Source of the DNA: a virus
Taxonomy: Duplodnaviria; Caudoviricetes
IMG/VR virus record: IMGVR_UViG_3300010376_000116
Span: 1 to 26,494 of that record
DNA: 26,494 nucleotides
Strand: one strand, 5' to 3'
Part shown: one piece after another, positions 24,596-26,494 of the stretch
How positions within the stretch are numbered: the stretch's first letter is position 1
Layout: each line of letters starts with the position of its first letter
The notes under the pieces: model-generated
What the model was told of the DNA's origin: nothing
The model's database searches: none
What the model saw: only the letters and a program-made list of their open reading frames with translations
Position numbers and translations under genes: made by a program

Positions 24596-25869
24596 GCGAG
24601 CGCCGCAACAGCACAGCGTTCTCACTGCTGGTCGGCGGCGAGGAATATTCCGGCTGGAAGACCCTGCGCGTCACCCGCGGTCTCGAGCGTTGCGTCAGCG
24701 ATTTTGAGGTGACGGTCAGCGAGCGCTGGGGTGTGGACGAGGAAATCTGGCAAATCCTCCCGGGCGAGGCGCTGGAGATCAAATTCGAGGATGAGACCGT
24801 CCTGACCGGCTACGTCGATGCCTATCGGCCCAGTTACGACGCCGGCTCACACGATGTGCGACTGAGCGGGCGATCAAAAACCTGCGATTTTGTCGACTCG
24901 TCGGTGCTGGTCGATGGCGGGCAATTCACTGGCATGACTGTTGGCGAGATCGCCACCGAGCTCGCCAAACCCTTTAACCTCGAAGTGGTCGTCGAGACCG
25001 ATGGCCCGCCTGAACCTGAGGTGCAGGTCCAGCAGGGAGAGACATGCTTTGCCTTGGTCGAGAGATTGTCGCGCTTGCAAGAGCTTCTGGTTACTGATGA
25101 CGCGGCTGGGCGCCTCGTCCTCTGCCGCGCAGGATCGGGCCAGGCGACTGCCCTTCGTCACGGACGCAACATCAAAAGCGCCTCGGCCGATCTCGACAAT
25201 TCGCAGCGCTTTTCCGAGTACATCGTCAAGGCGCAGAGGCCGGGCAATAACAAGAGGGCGGCCGACGACGCGGTAAGCGGCGGCGACAGCATCCCGTGGG
25301 AGCCCACGCTTCAGCAGCTCCGCAATATTCCAAATATTTGCGATCGCTACCGCCAGCGTATGGCACTGCTGCGGCGCAGCGGCGGCAAAACAAATCCTAA
25401 AGCACTTACCCAGATCGGTGCCGCTGTCCGTGACGAGGGCGTCACCCGTTATCGGCCACATCTGATCGTCGCTGAGGCGCAGGCCGATGACGCGCATGCG
25501 CAAAAGCGCGCCGAATGGGAGATGCGCCGCCGGCTGGCGCGGGCGATCCGCGCCACGATCCAAGTCAATGGCTGGCGTCAGCAAGACGGCCGCTTGTGGA
25601 CCACAAATGAAATGGTCGAGGTTAGCGCACCCTGGCTCGCGCTCGACCACGAGCTGATCATCGCGCAGGTTCAATACAGTTTTGACGATGGCGGCGAGAT
25701 GACCGGGCTCGAACTTACCCTGCCGGATGCATTTCTGCCGGAGCCTAAGCGCAAGGGCAAACATCACCATGAGCGCGACGAGCGCGCCGCCGAAAGCAGC
25801 CGGCGCCCCGGCAGGAAAAAAGCCGGTAAGGCCGCCGATCCTTGGGCTCATATGGCGCCGACGACATGA
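24592..25869 (+). CDS. baseplate hub protein (Mu gpP/gp44-like)
   Basis: GWKTLRVTRGLE, VLTGYVD, GRSKTCDFVDSS, RFSEYIVKAQ, RYRPHLI, RAEWE and GWRQQDGRLW..N. Confidence 0.92.
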   Translation: MSERRNSTAFSLLVGGEEYSGWKTLRVTRGLERCVSDFEVTVSERWGVDEEIWQILPGEALEIKFEDETVLTGYVDAYRPSYDAGSHDVRLSGRSKTCDFVDSSVLVDGGQFTGMTVGEIATELAKPFNLEVVVETDGPPEPEVQVQQGETCFALVERLSRLQELLVTDDAAGRLVLCRAGSGQATALRHGRNIKSASADLDNSQRFSEYIVKAQRPGNNKRAADDAVSGGDSIPWEPTLQQLRNIPNICDRYRQRMALLRRSGGKTNPKALTQIGAAVRDEGVTRYRPHLIVAEAQADDAHAQKRAEWEMRRRLARAIRATIQVNGWRQQDGRLWTTNEMVEVSAPWLALDHELIIAQVQYSFDDGGEMTGLELTLPDAFLPEPKRKGKHHHERDERAAESSRRPGRKKAGKAADPWAHMAPTT

Positions 25870-26494
25870 GCGAGCAGCGCGCCATGAACCGCCGCATCAT
25901 GAATATGGTGACGCGCGGCATCATCGAAGAAAGCGACGACGAGCCCGGTGTGCAGTTGAGCAAAATCTCGCTGTTACGGGACGAGGCCAAGGTTAGTGTA
26001 GAACGTTTCCAAAATTACGGGTTCTCGTCGGCCCCACCAGCCGACACCGAGGCGCTGGTCTGCTTTATCGGCGGCGGCCGCGACCACGGGATCATCGTTG
26101 CCACCGACGATCGGAACTCGCGTTTCACCGGACTTAAGCCAGGTGAGGTCGCGATCTACAGCGACGAGGGCGACAGCCTAGTATTTCAGCGCGAGAATCA
26201 AGTCCAGCTCAACTCAGAGAAAAAGTTCAGCGTCGACGCTGGCGAAACGGTCGAAATCAACACTAAAGCGGCGACCATCAAGGGTTCGGATGGCGTCACG
26301 GTAGACGCCCCGCAAACGACGATCACGCAGGATCTAAAGGCACATGGCCGAGTCGACGCTAGTGGAGGGTTTTTCCAAAACGGCAATCCGATCGGCGGCA
26401 ATGGCGGGGGCGGTGCTGGGCCGCCGGGACCAACTGGGCCGCAGGGCCCACCGGGGTTACCGGGGCCGCAGGGCGATCCAGGCCCAGCAGGAAA
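25866..26494 (+). CDS. baseplate spike / assembly protein V (Mu gp45-like) continuing into collagen repeats; runs off the window
   Basis: ATG 25866 overlaps the hub stop. My translation gives VERFQNYGFSSAPP..TEAL..FIGGGRDHGIIVATDDR..R.TGLKPGEVAIYSDEG, then GPPGPTGPQGPPGLPGPQGDPGPAG from 26418. It is absent from the ORF track because it has no stop in the window. Confidence 0.9.
   Translation, partial: MSEQRAMNRRIMNMVTRGIIEESDDEPGVQLSKISLLRDEAKVSVERFQNYGFSSAPPADTEALVCFIGGGRDHGIIVATDDRNSRFTGLKPGEVAIYSDEGDSLVFQRENQVQLNSEKKFSVDAGETVEINTKAATIKGSDGVTVDAPQTTITQDLKAHGRVDASGGFFQNGNPIGGNGGGGAGPPGPTGPQGPPGLPGPQGDPGPAG

Noticed and set aside
17681-26494. Tailocin, eCIS or gene transfer agent interpretation
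   Set aside because: A full portal-protease-capsid module accompanies the tail, and a lambda-type head with a Mu-type contractile tail does not match RcGTA organisation.

Overview
The window is a GC-rich (roughly 64% by eye) virion morphogenesis region of a tailed phage or prophage, almost entirely on the + strand. It pairs a lambda-like head module (gpW-like, portal, S49 protease with a probable nested scaffold, head decoration protein, gpE-like major capsid, gpFII-like joining protein) with a Mu-like contractile tail (terminator, sheath, tube, frameshifted chaperone, tape measure, DNA circularization protein, hub, gp45-like spike). The standout feature is a ~10.4 kb cassette (4202-14575) between the head protease and the decoration/capsid genes. 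It encodes an Ig-domain protein, five collagen-like proteins (three are tandem ~140-aa paralogues), a beta-solenoid repeat protein, a leishmanolysin-like (M8) zinc metalloprotease, two GT2 glycosyltransferases and a SAM methyltransferase. I infer a candidate system for building, processing and glycosylating collagen fibres on the virion. Other oddities are a spike that runs into collagen repeats, low-GC rare-codon patches inside the capsid and tube genes, and a self-contained minus-strand XRE two-gene moron. All family assignments come from motif recognition by eye; no database search was run.
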